From an uncultured Thermococci archaeon (GTDB taxonomy: Archaea > Methanobacteriota_B > Thermococci > Thermococcales > Thermococcaceae): a stretch of 11,225 bases of DNA. The position numbers and the translations under genes were made by a program. Positions within the stretch are counted from its first letter, which is position 1, and each line of letters starts with the position of its first letter. Below, piece after piece: positions 1 through 6,853 of the stretch. The stretch is from contig CAZTOS010000064.1 in NCBI GenBank assembly GCA_964615185.1, positions 1-11,225 on the forward strand, in the 5' to 3' direction. Below the pieces are notes generated by a model. That model saw only the letters and a list, made by a program, of their open reading frames with translations, made no database searches and was not told where the DNA came from.

Positions 1-84
1 TTATTGTTTTCACATAACATCTTGAGTATTTTAACCCTTATCGGAACACGCAATCACTGTCAGTTCTTTGATGCTTTCAACCAT
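1..84 (-). pseudogene. Probable frameshifted ArsR-family HTH regulator, 5' part (runs off the window edge)
   Basis: GGTGA RBS (91-87) then ATG at 84 reads MVESIKELTVIA and stops at 33-31. A shifted frame from 47 reads VPIRVKILKMLCENN, matching the ArsR helix-1/2 pattern (..L..P.R.KIL..L). The usual 'ALS' segment appears to be deleted at the frame junction. Confidence 0.5.
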
Positions 85-302
85 TTTCACCATGTAATCT
101 AAATTATTGCATAAGCCAGAAAACCCTTACGTACTAATTATAAAGGGAAAAATAAAACTTTTCGAATCATTTTGGCGATTAGATAGATCAGTACACCAAT
201 TTAAGCTGCAACTGGTCTTATTGCCACTTATCCAAGTGCCATCATTCACTATTGAATTAAATTCAAGCAAAATAGAATCAAAAAACTGGAAAGATTAAAA
301 GT

Positions 303-1463
303 TCAGGGTCTTCCTTTCTTTCCGACAGGCATGTGGATTTTCTTTTTAATTATCTCCTTACCATTTATATAGCATGCCATGAGCTCTTCCCTTAACTTAA
401 TCATGAGTTCCTGAGCAGTGTCGTAATCACCATTCCTTATTGCCGCTTTTATTGCTTCTATTAGTTGCAGTACCCCAGTTACATTGACTCCTAATCGTTC
501 CATTACTCTGATCTGAGCTTCAACTCTTATGATTTCCCTCTCCAGCCTCATCTTTGTATTGTTCCTTATCATCTTCCTAATGTCCTCTCCAGCAAGCTTA
601 ATGGCCATTTCAGCCTTTGACTTTGCTGCTATTGCAAGGCCATAAGCCAAGCCGTATTTTCCAGTATTATATGCGTCTTTGGCATCTTCAAGCTGCTTCT
701 CTGCTATTTTCAATAAATTTTCAATGGCTGGATTCGTTGCATTTTCATAAAGTTCTTTTGCTGCGCTTATTTTTTCCTCAGCCGTTTGTATTGCTTCAAG
801 AGCTCTCTCAGCGGTCATGTTAACTTGAATCTTTATGCAGTTGCACTTTTTGAGTTGTTCCTGTATTCTGAGCATTGTTTGATTCATAATGGGTGTTCCA
901 ACTATTATAAAGTTCCCAGTTCTAATCTTGAGCCTCTCCATTATTCCCGTAATGTTTGTGGTCTGATTCACGAGTATTATAATGGCCTTTTCTTGGATTG
1001 CAAGCTGTAATGCTTTTTCAAGTCCCGCTAAGTCCGTTCCTGCTACAAGGATAACCCTATTCTGCAACTGTAATTGGAACTTCACAGTAGCATTTTTAAT
1101 TACTGCTAAATCTGTTTCATATCTATTTTCTCCCCACCATCTCTCAACAGATATACCAAGGGACTGTAAATCCTCCACATATTCCTCCGGAACTGCCACT
1201 GGACCACCAATGATGATAACCTCCTCAGGGGCATAGCTGATAATTTCCGCAGTTATATTTGGGTTGTAAACTCCCCATGGTGTCTTAACAACTACCACGT
1301 TAACTGTTAAGTTTGCAATGTAATTTGCTAATGCACAGTCTGCTTCGTTGTTGCTTACCAAAATTACTATTGTGGTATCTGCTGCATTTACTGGCGTGAA
1401 TGTCAATGGGAGTGTCAAAATTATTAAACCAAATATCACCGACAACATCTTTTTCCATAGCAT
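303..1463 (-). CDS. Secreted/surface protein with a cell-wall-binding repeat 2 (CW_binding_2)-like N-terminal domain and C-terminal helical bundles, 386 aa
   Basis: GGAGGTGA RBS upstream of the ATG. Signal peptide MLWKKMLSVIFGLIILTLPLTFTPVNA|AD. CWB2-like motifs VIIIGGPVAVP and VERWWGENRYET. Ala/Glu/Lys-rich amphipathic helices in the C-terminal half. Confidence 0.8.
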   Translation of the reverse strand: MLWKKMLSVIFGLIILTLPLTFTPVNAADTTIVILVSNNEADCALANYIANLTVNVVVVKTPWGVYNPNITAEIISYAPEEVIIIGGPVAVPEEYVEDLQSLGISVERWWGENRYETDLAVIKNATVKFQLQLQNRVILVAGTDLAGLEKALQLAIQEKAIIILVNQTTNITGIMERLKIRTGNFIIVGTPIMNQTMLRIQEQLKKCNCIKIQVNMTAERALEAIQTAEEKISAAKELYENATNPAIENLLKIAEKQLEDAKDAYNTGKYGLAYGLAIAAKSKAEMAIKLAGEDIRKMIRNNTKMRLEREIIRVEAQIRVMERLGVNVTGVLQLIEAIKAAIRNGDYDTAQELMIKLREELMACYINGKEIIKKKIHMPVGKKGRP

Positions 1464-1499
1464 ACTCCATCACCTCCACTATTTTTTAATAAATATGTT

Positions 1500-1518
1500 G
1501 TATTTAAGCTTTTTTCAC
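1500..1518 (-). promoter_or_regulatory. BRE/TATA promoter for the surface-protein gene
   Basis: Minus strand reads GAAAAAAG-CTTAAATAC about 40 nt upstream of the ATG at 1463; typical Thermococcales spacing. Confidence 0.55.
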
Positions 1519-1799
1519 GAAATCGTCAATTATTGTTTCCGTTTGTTCAGATTAAAACCCGTATCTTGGTTAATTTCTTCTGGATTGTTAAACAACGTTT
1601 GTAACCGTTTATCTATGTTTAAAAGAGTATTAAAAGTAAGTTTCGGTATGATAGGAGGATATTAGCACTGGTTATGGTGGGATCGTAGCTTGCTCTGTTC
1701 TTTTAACTGGTGTGTCACTGAATTAGTTTGCCTGACTTCGTCAAGAAGACAATTTTTGTCATTTCAGAGTAAAAAAGAAGGAAAATATAGGTCGGGCAT

Positions 1800-1945
1800 T
1801 TAGCCTCCCCTCTCTTTTGCTATAGCTTCAGTTAAGATTTCCTTAAATTGCTCTCTATCCACTGATCAGGTTGTGCTTCAATATTATAGTCTGCCTTTAA
1901 GATTTCAACAAGTTTTTGGGAGCTGTACCATACATCTCTCCACAT
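1800..1945 (-). pseudogene. Possible frameshifted small ORF or gene remnant
   Basis: ATG 1945 reads MWRDVWYSSQKLVEILKADYNIEAQPDQWIESNLRKS* (stop 1834-1832). A shifted frame from 1862 reads VDREQFKEILTEAIAKERGG* (stop 1802-1800), ending in a GGAGG-ctaa-ATG operon-like junction. GAAAAC-TTTATAAA promoter at 1987-1974. Confidence 0.3.
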
Positions 1946-2178
1946 ATGTAACTTTGATGCTACATGTGTAGAATTTATAAAGTTTTCAGTAAGCTGCATG
2001 AACTTATTTTAACCTTAGCTTTCGAAATTGAACAACAATGAATGAAATGTGTTCACCTTTTCGCTATAATTGTGCAAAACATTCGAAAAATTTTGATAAA
2101 CAGAAAAACTTATTTGATTAAAACCTGTTAAATAGTTGTATTTTCCCAAAATAAAACGGTTAAAGGTTTTTGTGAACT

Positions 2179-2220
2179 CAAAGCTTTTATAGAATTTCAT
2201 CATTATGAAATAACGGTGGT
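2179..2220 (+). promoter_or_regulatory. for promoter (BRE/TATA), inverted repeat and RBS
   Basis: CAAAGC-TTTTATAG at 2179-2192; ATTTCAT-catt-ATGAAAT at 2194-2211; GGTGGT at 2215-2220 before ATG 2224. Confidence 0.6.
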
Positions 2221-2223
2221 TCT

Positions 2224-4086
2224 ATGAAAGGTTGGTGGGGAAGAATTTTAAGAGTTGATTTGACCAACAACAAAGTCAAAGTGCAGGAATATTCTCCAGA
2301 AATTGCTCAACTTTTCATCGGTGGAAGAGGATTAGCAGCAAAGATTCTCTGGGATGAAGTCAAGGGGGTTGACCCTCTTAGCCCGGAAAACAAGCTTGTC
2401 ATAGCAGCTGGGCCATTTAACGGCCTCCCAACGCCAAGTGGTGGAAAATTGGTGGTTGCTGCAAAGAGCCCGCTCACAGGTGGTTACGGTGATGGTAACT
2501 TAGGAACAATGGCAACTGTGCATCTTAGAAAAGCTGGTTATGATGCCATTGTTATTGAAGGAAAAGCCAAAAAGCCGGTATATCTTTACGTTGAAGATGA
2601 TAACGTTAGCATTCTCAGTGCTGAGGGACTCTGGGGCCTTGACACATTTGAGACTGAAAAGAAATTGAGAGAAATACACGGTAAGAACGTTGGTATATTA
2701 AGCATTGGACCGGGTGGCGAGAACTTAGTTAAGTATGCAGTTATAATGTCACAAGAGGGTAGAGCTGGTGGAAGACCAGGTATTGGTGCTGTAATGGGTT
2801 CAAAGAAGCTCAAGGCAATCGTAATCAAAGGTACAAAAGAGATACCCGTTGCTGACAAGGATGAGCTCAGAAAACTTAGCAAAGGGGCTTATGACGAAAT
2901 ATTGAGCAAGCCAACCTACGAGTTCTGGCACAGGCAGGGAACAATGGCTGCAGTAGAATGGTGTAATGAAAACTCAGCACTACCAACGTATAACTTCCAA
3001 GATGGTTTATTCAAGTTCGCAAGGTCAATTGACGGTTACACCTTAGAGGGTATGAAAGTCAAGCAGCGTGGCTGTCCTTACTGTAATATGCCCTGTGGAA
3101 ATGTTGTTCTTGACGCTGAAGGATTGGAGAGCGAGCTGGATTACGAAAACGTTGCCTTGCTCGGTTCAAACCTTGGAATTGGACAGCTCAACAAGGTTGC
3201 AGTTATTAACAGACTCGCCGATATGTATGGTATTGATACAATCTCACTTGGTGGTTCAATTGCATTTGTTATGGAAGCCGTTGAGAAAGGACTTCTCAAA
3301 GAGGGGCCAACATTCGGAGACTACAAAGGAACAAAAGAGCTCATCAAAGAAATTGCATTCAGGAGCAGTGAGCTTGGAAACTTCGCCGCTGAAGGTGTAA
3401 TGAGAATGGGCCAAAAAGTGGAAGGTGGAGAAAACTTTGCAATGCACGTTAAAGGATTGGAGGTCAGCGGTTACAACTGTTTCATCTACCCAGCGATGGC
3501 CCTTGCATATGGCACCAGCTCAATTGGAGCACATCACAAGGAAGCATGGGTCATCGCTTGGGAAATTGGTACAGCACCAATTGAAGGAGAGCAAGCAAAG
3601 AAAGTTGAATACAAGATCACGTACACACCTGAGAAAGCTGCAAAGGTTATTGAACTGCAGAGATACAGAGGTGGACTATTCGAGATGCTCTCTGCATGTA
3701 GACTTCCATGGATTGAGCTTGGCTTGGACATAAACCACTATCCAAAGCTCCTCAAGGCAATAACTGGAGTCACATACACATGGGACGACCTCTACAAGGC
3801 AGCAGATAGGGTCTATGCGCTCATCAGAGCTTACTGGGTTAGAGAATTCAACGGCAACTGGAGCAGAAAGATGGACTATCCACCAAAGAGATGGTTCATT
3901 GAAGGACTCAAGAGCGGACCATACAAAGGACAGCACCTCGAAATGGAGAAGTACGATGCATTGCTCAGCGAGTACTACAAGATGCGCGGCTGGGATGAAA
4001 GAGGAATCCCAACTAAAGAAACACTTCAGAAACTCAAGCTTGACTTTGTTATACCAGAGCTTGAAAAAGTTACGGAGCTTCATTAA
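2224..4086 (+). CDS. for: Tungsten-containing formaldehyde:ferredoxin oxidoreductase (AOR family), 620 aa
   Basis: Closely resembles Pyrococcus furiosus FOR as recalled (GWWGRILRV..., [45 protein letters not shown]). [4Fe-4S] ligands CPYCNMPC plus the later ACRLP cysteine. C-terminal [11 protein letters not shown] motif. Confidence 0.95.
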   Translation: MKGWWGRILRVDLTNNKVKVQEYSPEIAQLFIGGRGLAAKILWDEVKGVDPLSPENKLVIAAGPFNGLPTPSGGKLVVAAKSPLTGGYGDGNLGTMATVHLRKAGYDAIVIEGKAKKPVYLYVEDDNVSILSAEGLWGLDTFETEKKLREIHGKNVGILSIGPGGENLVKYAVIMSQEGRAGGRPGIGAVMGSKKLKAIVIKGTKEIPVADKDELRKLSKGAYDEILSKPTYEFWHRQGTMAAVEWCNENSALPTYNFQDGLFKFARSIDGYTLEGMKVKQRGCPYCNMPCGNVVLDAEGLESELDYENVALLGSNLGIGQLNKVAVINRLADMYGIDTISLGGSIAFVMEAVEKGLLKEGPTFGDYKGTKELIKEIAFRSSELGNFAAEGVMRMGQKVEGGENFAMHVKGLEVSGYNCFIYPAMALAYGTSSIGAHHKEAWVIAWEIGTAPIEGEQAKKVEYKITYTPEKAAKVIELQRYRGGLFEMLSACRLPWIELGLDINHYPKLLKAITGVTYTWDDLYKAADRVYALIRAYWVREFNGNWSRKMDYPPKRWFIEGLKSGPYKGQHLEMEKYDALLSEYYKMRGWDERGIPTKETLQKLKLDFVIPELEKVTELH

Positions 4087-4114
4087 TCTTCTCTTTTTGA
4101 GAACTTTTTTATTT
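4087..4114 (+). terminator. Possible oligo-T terminator after for
   Basis: TCTTCTCTTTTTGAGAACTTTTTTATTT immediately follows the stop codon. It could also double as a TATA element for the next gene. Confidence 0.45.
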
Positions 4115-4146
4115 GCTTGCTAAAGACGTTCTTAAAGGTGATACTC

Positions 4147-4377
4147 ATGATAAAAATTAAGTTCATGGGTGCTTTGGCTCATTTAGCTGAATCAAGCGAG
4201 ATTTATATTGAAGTGGACAAACCAAAAACAGTGGATGAGATACTCAAAGAGGTCATCAAGGGTTACGACAAACTACATGACAAGATAATTATGGTCAACG
4301 GAAAAGTGGCGAGAGGAGACGTTATTGTAAAAGGTGGAGATGAAATAAAGGTAATGCCAGTCTTAAGTGGTGGCTAA
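4147..4377 (+). CDS. MoaD/ThiS/SAMP-type ubiquitin-like sulfur carrier, 76 aa
   Basis: AGGTGA RBS at 4136-4141 favours ATG 4147. Beta-grasp pattern MIKIKFMG.L...VNGK...GDEIKVMPVLSGG with a C-terminal Gly-Gly. Confidence 0.92.
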   Translation: MIKIKFMGALAHLAESSEIYIEVDKPKTVDEILKEVIKGYDKLHDKIIMVNGKVARGDVIVKGGDEIKVMPVLSGG

Positions 4378-4378
4378 A

Positions 4379-4549
4379 ATGGACGAGAAACTAAAAGCTT
4401 GCAAAAACTGTCGGTGGTTTGGCCCAATTGACTCTTACTTTCTGACACAGGGAATATGTCGAAAGCATATGAAAACAACTCACATGAACACTATCTGTGA
4501 TGACTGGGAGCCGTTATGGGGCAATAGAGATGAGGATAGCAAAGGTTAA
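4379..4549 (+). CDS. Small Cys-rich putative metal-binding protein, 56 aa
   Basis: ATG lies 1 nt after the Ubl stop, preceded by GGTGG. Pattern CKNC...GICRKH...ICDDW. The 3' end overlaps the next gene. Confidence 0.7.
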   Translation: MDEKLKACKNCRWFGPIDSYFLTQGICRKHMKTTHMNTICDDWEPLWGNRDEDSKG

Positions 4550-5342
4550 GGGGCTGAATTTTGAAATTCCAAAAGAGGCATGGTTCAGTTTTTTCAACAC
4601 TCCCTATCCAGCTCACAAATTTGGAACCGCAATTGATGTCTATTTTCCTGAGAAGGCTCTTTTCCCCTTTGAAGAAGGAAAGCTTCTGGAAATTAGGAAA
4701 GTTAGAACCCCACGATACGTTCCCGTTAGGGAAGATTATCTCATGATTTTTCAAGTTGAGGAGTTCTGCTTAAAAGTTCTTCATGTCAAGCCCAGCATTA
4801 AAACTGGAGAGAAAGTTTATCTGGGAGATGAAATTGGCGAATTAGTTGTTTCAGGCTTTTTTAGACCGTGGAGTGATAAGCATGCTCATTTCGAACTGAG
4901 GGATTGTAAAGATAGATACAGAGCGAGGGGAGCCTTTTTAATGTATCCAAAAATTCTAAAACTCGTGCCCACAATTAAAGGAAACGAGTTTGAGATTGTT
5001 GAGAAAGCTGAACACTACTACTGGCTGAGACCTCTGAGGAGAGGAGAGAAAAATTTAACCCCCTTATCCTTCGATGGCACCCCGATTGAAGGCGGCTTGC
5101 CTCACTATCACTACGGAGCGATTTTTGGCAAACTAAGAGAAGTTGAGATTTTTGAAGCAAAGTTTTCAGTGAGCCAAGAGCTTCCCAATGGAGTTGGAAT
5201 TTTTAATGCAAATTTTCAGATATTTGCAAATGGGCAGAAAGTAAGAGGTATGGGGATTTACTGCAACCAAGAAAGGATAAAGCTGATTGGGGGAGAGTTT
5301 GAGGTTGGGGATGTTGTGGAGATTAGGTTCCTTAAAAAATAA
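4530..5342 (+). CDS. Conserved archaeal protein with M23/LytM-like zinc metallopeptidase motifs and no signal peptide, about 270 aa
   Basis: AHKFGTAIDVY (H...D), KVLHV, GEKVYLGDEIG and KHAHFELR (HxH) occur in the order and spacing typical of M23 domains. ATG 4530 chosen as the likely start. Confidence 0.65.
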   Translation: MRIAKVKGLNFEIPKEAWFSFFNTPYPAHKFGTAIDVYFPEKALFPFEEGKLLEIRKVRTPRYVPVREDYLMIFQVEEFCLKVLHVKPSIKTGEKVYLGDEIGELVVSGFFRPWSDKHAHFELRDCKDRYRARGAFLMYPKILKLVPTIKGNEFEIVEKAEHYYWLRPLRRGEKNLTPLSFDGTPIEGGLPHYHYGAIFGKLREVEIFEAKFSVSQELPNGVGIFNANFQIFANGQKVRGMGIYCNQERIKLIGGEFEVGDVVEIRFLKK

Positions 5343-6188
5343 CTACCTCTTATACACCCTCACATCCAAAACGACATGCCAAACTCCAGGGGCATAGCGT
5401 TTGATTATTCTGCTTTCCAAAAGCTCAGCCTCATAGCCATGCTCCTTCGCTATTCTTTGGAAAGTTTCAAAGGGTTCTTTGGGCATCAATTTTTCAGGAA
5501 CAGTGTTGTGATAGTGGATTACTGCCTCATCTTTCGCAATCTCCAGAGCCTTTGGAATGAATTCGTGAGTTTTAATCACATAGCCCATAAGAATTCTGTC
5601 TGCAATGTTCTCTCCCGGGAAATCTCTATTATCGATGTTATAAGCAGTCATTCTATCTTGAACTTTATTGAGCTCGATGTTCTCCACCAAGAATTTGAAC
5701 GTGTATGGATTTTTCTCAATTGCAATGACCTTGGCTTTGCAGTGCTTTGCTATTGGGAGCGAGAGATGTCCAATTCCAGCAAACATATCTACAACGAGCT
5801 CATTAGGTTTTGCTATGCTTGCCATTCTAACCCTTTCCTTAACGTTTGCTGGGGAGAACATTACTCCTGCCACATCAAGCTTGTAGAGAATACCGTTCTC
5901 TTTATGAATCGTTACCGTGTCTTTACCATAAATAACCTCATAATGGGGCTCTCTAAATTCTCCTAAAATCCAACCCTTCCTTAGGACAGTCTTCACCCCC
6001 AGAACTTCAGCATAAACTTTGGCTATTTCATACTTGTACGGTAAAAGCTCCTCTCTCAGCGGTAAAATCAAAACATCCCCAATTTGAACCCAATGCTTGG
6101 GGAGAAGATTAACTAACCCTTCAGGAAGCTTTTTGCTCAGTATCTCTCTTATTCGAGGTTTTATGAGCTGGGTCTTTCTATTCTTCAT
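5343..6188 (-). CDS. taw2: tRNA(Phe) 4-demethylwyosine(37) aminocarboxypropyltransferase (Taw2/TYW2, Trm5/Met-10 family), 281 aa
   Basis: Very similar to P. horikoshii TYW2 as recalled: IKPRIREILSK.LP, MFSPANVKERVRM, SAM motif VVDMFAGIGHLS, ADRILMGY, IHYH, KRYAPGVWHVVLD. Start placed at ATG 6188 by homology. Confidence 0.92.
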   Translation of the reverse strand: MKNRKTQLIKPRIREILSKKLPEGLVNLLPKHWVQIGDVLILPLREELLPYKYEIAKVYAEVLGVKTVLRKGWILGEFREPHYEVIYGKDTVTIHKENGILYKLDVAGVMFSPANVKERVRMASIAKPNELVVDMFAGIGHLSLPIAKHCKAKVIAIEKNPYTFKFLVENIELNKVQDRMTAYNIDNRDFPGENIADRILMGYVIKTHEFIPKALEIAKDEAVIHYHNTVPEKLMPKEPFETFQRIAKEHGYEAELLESRIIKRYAPGVWHVVLDVRVYKR

Positions 6189-6339
6189 CAAATGTAAGCT
6201 CCTTATGAGGTGTTTAAAACTCTTTGGTATCATAAATCATTCGTAGTAACTTGTCGTTTCGGCAAAAAGCGATTGAAAAAGCTTAAAAAGAGAGAAGCCT
6301 ATAAGAGTAGTGAGAACACATCGGAGGTAGAGTTAAACA

Positions 6340-6690
6340 ATGGATGACGAAGGTTCGAGTAGTTTTTGGCTTATGAGGATATTTAAATCTAAGAAAAAAG
6401 ATGGAATTCTTGAACAAAAAATCACAGAAGACGCCTATGAGGATTTGAAGGCTCTTTTAATGAGGGCAAAGCCTGAAGTTGAGGATGATAGAATTATCCT
6501 GAAATTGCCCCGTGGCGACGTTATTTTAACGAAGGACAGACTTAGGATTATTGCAAAGAGTAGGGAAGATGCAGAAAAAATTTTAAGAAATCTGCACCAC
6601 TACTCAATGCCCCCAGGACTTTGGCCCGCTTATGGATTGAGCTATTCTATAAAGAGAGATTCTGCAGTTTTAAGGAAGAGTAAAGCTTGA
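6340..6690 (+). CDS. Hypothetical protein, 116 aa
   Basis: GGAGGT RBS at 6323-6328, AAAAAG-CTTAAAA promoter-like sequence near 6276-6289, protein-like composition, and a T-rich terminator-like tract after the stop. Confidence 0.75.
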   Translation: MDDEGSSSFWLMRIFKSKKKDGILEQKITEDAYEDLKALLMRAKPEVEDDRIILKLPRGDVILTKDRLRIIAKSREDAEKILRNLHHYSMPPGLWPAYGLSYSIKRDSAVLRKSKA

Positions 6691-6723
6691 TTTTCTTATT
6701 TTTGTTTGTTCTTCTACTCTTTC
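6691..6723 (+). terminator. T-rich terminator-like tract
   Basis: TTTTCTTATTTTTGTTTGTTCTTC directly after stop 6690. Confidence 0.5.
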
Positions 6724-6732
6724 AGCACACCC

Positions 6733-6746
6733 CAAAGGTTTTAAGC
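6733..6746 (+). promoter_or_regulatory. BRE/TATA promoter for the C/D sRNA (and possibly cas4)
   Basis: CAAAGG-TTTTAAGC about 22-30 nt upstream of the predicted sRNA 5' end at 6768. Confidence 0.6.
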
Positions 6747-6767
6747 TTAGTTTTAGATACTTTATTC

Positions 6768-6825
6768 AGCGGATGATGGGCCTTGCCCAGTCTGAGCTGT
6801 GATGACGTCGGTATTAGCTGACGCT
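6768..6825 (+). ncRNA. Box C/D methylation-guide sRNA, dual guide, predicted to target 16S rRNA
   Basis: C box ATGATGG 6773-6779 (one mismatch), D' CTGA 6792-6795, C' GTGATGA 6799-6805, D CTGA 6818-6821. Two 12-nt guides and a terminal stem AGCG/CGCT. Guides are complementary to the recalled Thermococcales 16S sequence GCTGGGCAAGGCC...GTAATACCGGCG. Confidence 0.92.
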
Positions 6826-6853
6826 ACTTTAACTCCCATTAGGAGGCATAACG

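Noticed and set aside
107..298. 63-aa plus-strand ORF
   Set aside because: TTG start, no RBS, AT-rich intergenic composition and no recognisable motif.
1348..1665. 105-aa plus-strand ORF
   Set aside because: Antisense to the surface-protein 5' end and runs through its promoter; not protein-like.
2015..2203. 62-aa minus-strand ORF
   Set aside because: Spans the AT-rich for promoter; Phe/Asn-rich composition typical of noncoding DNA.
1464..2223. IS/MITE or tRNA in the long intergenic region
   Set aside because: No terminal inverted repeats with target duplication, no transposase fragment, and no GC-rich cloverleaf as expected in a hyperthermophile.
2586..4123. Alternative-frame and antisense ORFs within for (likewise those within the surface protein, taw2, cas4, MBL, GTPase and coiled-coil genes)
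   Set aside because: Shadow ORFs of well-supported genes, with no RBS or motifs.
4497..4557. Second C/D sRNA candidate (GTGATGA at 4497 ... CTGA at 4554)
   Set aside because: No proper D' box, irregular guide lengths, no terminal stem, no recognisable rRNA complement, and it lies inside two overlapping CDSs.
5343..6188. Trm5 m1G37 methyltransferase as an alternative call
   Set aside because: It has ILMGY and IHYH rather than the Trm5 MNLP motif, and matches TYW2/Taw2 along its length.
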